This document shows positions 16,381 through 17,442 of a DNA stretch of 17,442 nt, in pieces. A program made the position numbers and the translations under genes. Position 1 is the stretch's first letter. Every line of letters starts with the position of its first letter. The notes under the pieces are model-generated. The model saw only the letters and a list, made by a program, of their open reading frames with translations, did not search any database and was not told the origin of the DNA. Source of the stretch: an uncultured bacterium (lineage in GTDB: Bacteria > Schekmanbacteria > GWA2-38-11 > J061); the NCBI GenBank assembly GCA_964549305.1, contig CAZJVM010000051.1, positions 1 through 17,442 of the forward strand. The letters are read 5' to 3'.

Positions 16381-16593
16381 TTATAGGTAACCGAGATTTT
16401 TAAGTTTTCTCTTTATCTTTTTCAACTCGTCAGGTTGAAGCGCGTCATCTTCGGTGCTTATTCCGGCATCGCTGACCATATCCCTGAGGACATAAACGAT
16501 GAAATCTGTTGGGGAATTAAAACCGGAGTCCGCAATCAACTGCCGAATTTTGCTATAAAGCACGCGCGGAATTTTAATAGTAACTTTATCCAT
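16381..16593 (-). CDS. CopG/ribbon-helix-helix family protein with C-terminal LxxLGY motif
   Basis: VTIKIPRVLYSKIRQLIADSGFNSPTDFIVYVLRD is an RHH pattern, and the tail is ELKKIKRKLKNLGYL. The start is probably ATG 16593; the ORF track uses GTG 16605. Confidence 0.85.
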   Translation of the reverse strand: MDKVTIKIPRVLYSKIRQLIADSGFNSPTDFIVYVLRDMVSDAGISTEDDALQPDELKKIKRKLKNLGYL

Positions 16594-16602
16594 AAAAATA
16601 TA

Positions 16603-16640
16603 CACTCTTATAGGAGTTTTATAGCACTCTTATAAGAGTG
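16603..16640. promoter_or_regulatory. Tandem palindromic operator (2 x 16 bp, 22-bp period)
   Basis: A perfect palindrome CACTCTTATAAGAGTG at 16625-16640 and a 14/16 copy CACTCTTATAGGAGTT at 16603-16618. Confidence 0.75.
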
Positions 16641-16657
16641 TAAAAGGCATTTGTCAA
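16629..16657 (-). promoter_or_regulatory. Sigma70-type promoter of the sat/cysC/AlkP operon
   Basis: -35 TTGACA (16657-16652), 17-nt spacer, -10 TATAAG (16634-16629). Confidence 0.7.
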
Positions 16658-16717
16658 GGGAACTTTGAACTTTATTTACATTGAATCAAGTTTGTATATA
16701 GAAAAACAAATAGGTTT

Positions 16718-17362
16718 TCAACTATATTTTTTCCCGTCAACCTGTGCGGAAATCAGAATATCCTTGCTGTCAACAGTGTAAGGTTCACCGTCCTTAGGTG
16801 AGTATATATTCACTTTCGCGCCGATTTTTATAATTCCCACTCCCTTTGCCATCCATTGGGTAAAAACTACATTCACAACCAAATCAGAAAACACGTCGTC
16901 TCTAATGAGCGTAAGTTTAGGACACTCTTTAAAAATGCCTGCAGGAGTTTCAACATCCTCAATCGTTTCAAATCGGGTAATATCGTAAAACTCGCCTTCA
17001 TCCTGAATTTCACCGTCGTATTTGTGCCGGAAAAGATGAGTCGCGTTATAGTGAATATCTCCCGGAGACATCTTTGCGGGAATTATTGTTGTGGGAGGAG
17101 TGTAAATCAGATAATTGGGCGACATTCCTATGTGATGCTTGAAATCACGTACACCGTAAACAGGATCAATCAGCGTGCAGAAATACTCCTCGGGATTGTC
17201 TTCCTGCACTTTCCTGGGCACTTCCACTCCTAAAAATGTTTCACTTCCATCAATGACATAGGTGACTTCAGACTCATCCTCTCCGGATTTATGCCTGTAT
17301 GTCCACCTATTGCCCTGGTTATGGGAATAGTATGAGGATATGTCGTAAACTTTTCCGCTCAT
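16718..17362 (-). CDS. Hypothetical beta-rich protein (DUF3108-like TPAGxF...WxAxGVG motifs)
   Basis: AGGAGG RBS 6 nt before the ATG. Motifs GNRWTY, EDVETPAGIFKECPK and QWMAKGVGIIK. No signal peptide. Confidence 0.75.
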   Translation of the reverse strand: MSGKVYDISSYYSHNQGNRWTYRHKSGEDESEVTYVIDGSETFLGVEVPRKVQEDNPEEYFCTLIDPVYGVRDFKHHIGMSPNYLIYTPPTTIIPAKMSPGDIHYNATHLFRHKYDGEIQDEGEFYDITRFETIEDVETPAGIFKECPKLTLIRDDVFSDLVVNVVFTQWMAKGVGIIKIGAKVNIYSPKDGEPYTVDSKDILISAQVDGKKYS

Positions 17363-17442
17363 TATCTGCCTCCTGAAAATGATTTTTTAAAAACAGATGT
17401 TTCTTTATTTCCGGTGTATTGTCAACCTTAGGACAAAACTAA

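Noticed and set aside
407-17233. Numerous short + strand and alternative-frame ORFs (e.g. 5246-5842, 11161-11739, 15327-15917, 16856-17233)
   Set aside because: All overlap long minus-strand genes with clear family motifs and show no independent coding signal.

Overview
This AT-rich bacterial window starts with a + strand tRNA-Pro(UGG) and then holds two minus-strand gene clusters. Cluster 1 (223-6190) encodes a secreted S8 subtilase with a C-terminal Ig-like/lysine-rich tail, a 51-aa Cys-containing RiPP-type precursor that the ORF track missed (3989-4144), a PEP-CTERM protein and a PorU/gingipain-like C25 peptidase. Upstream of it lie a sigma54-like promoter, IHF sites and two enhancer-like boxes. 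Cluster 2 (6632-16593) is a tightly packed operon: a ribbon-helix-helix (RHH) regulator, sat, four alkaline-phosphatase-superfamily (COG3379/NPP-like) proteins, cysC, a second RHH-like protein and a DUF106/EMC3-like membrane protein. It has a TTGACA-N17-TATAAG promoter overlapped by a tandem palindromic operator. The operon can make PAPS but encodes no recognisable reductase or P-loop sulfotransferase, so I infer an uncharacterised envelope sulfation or sulfate-relay system. Three non-homologous products share a C-terminal 'LxxLGY[IL]' motif that the four AlkP enzymes lack. A hypothetical beta-rich protein closes the window. All family assignments come from motif recognition by eye; no searches were run.
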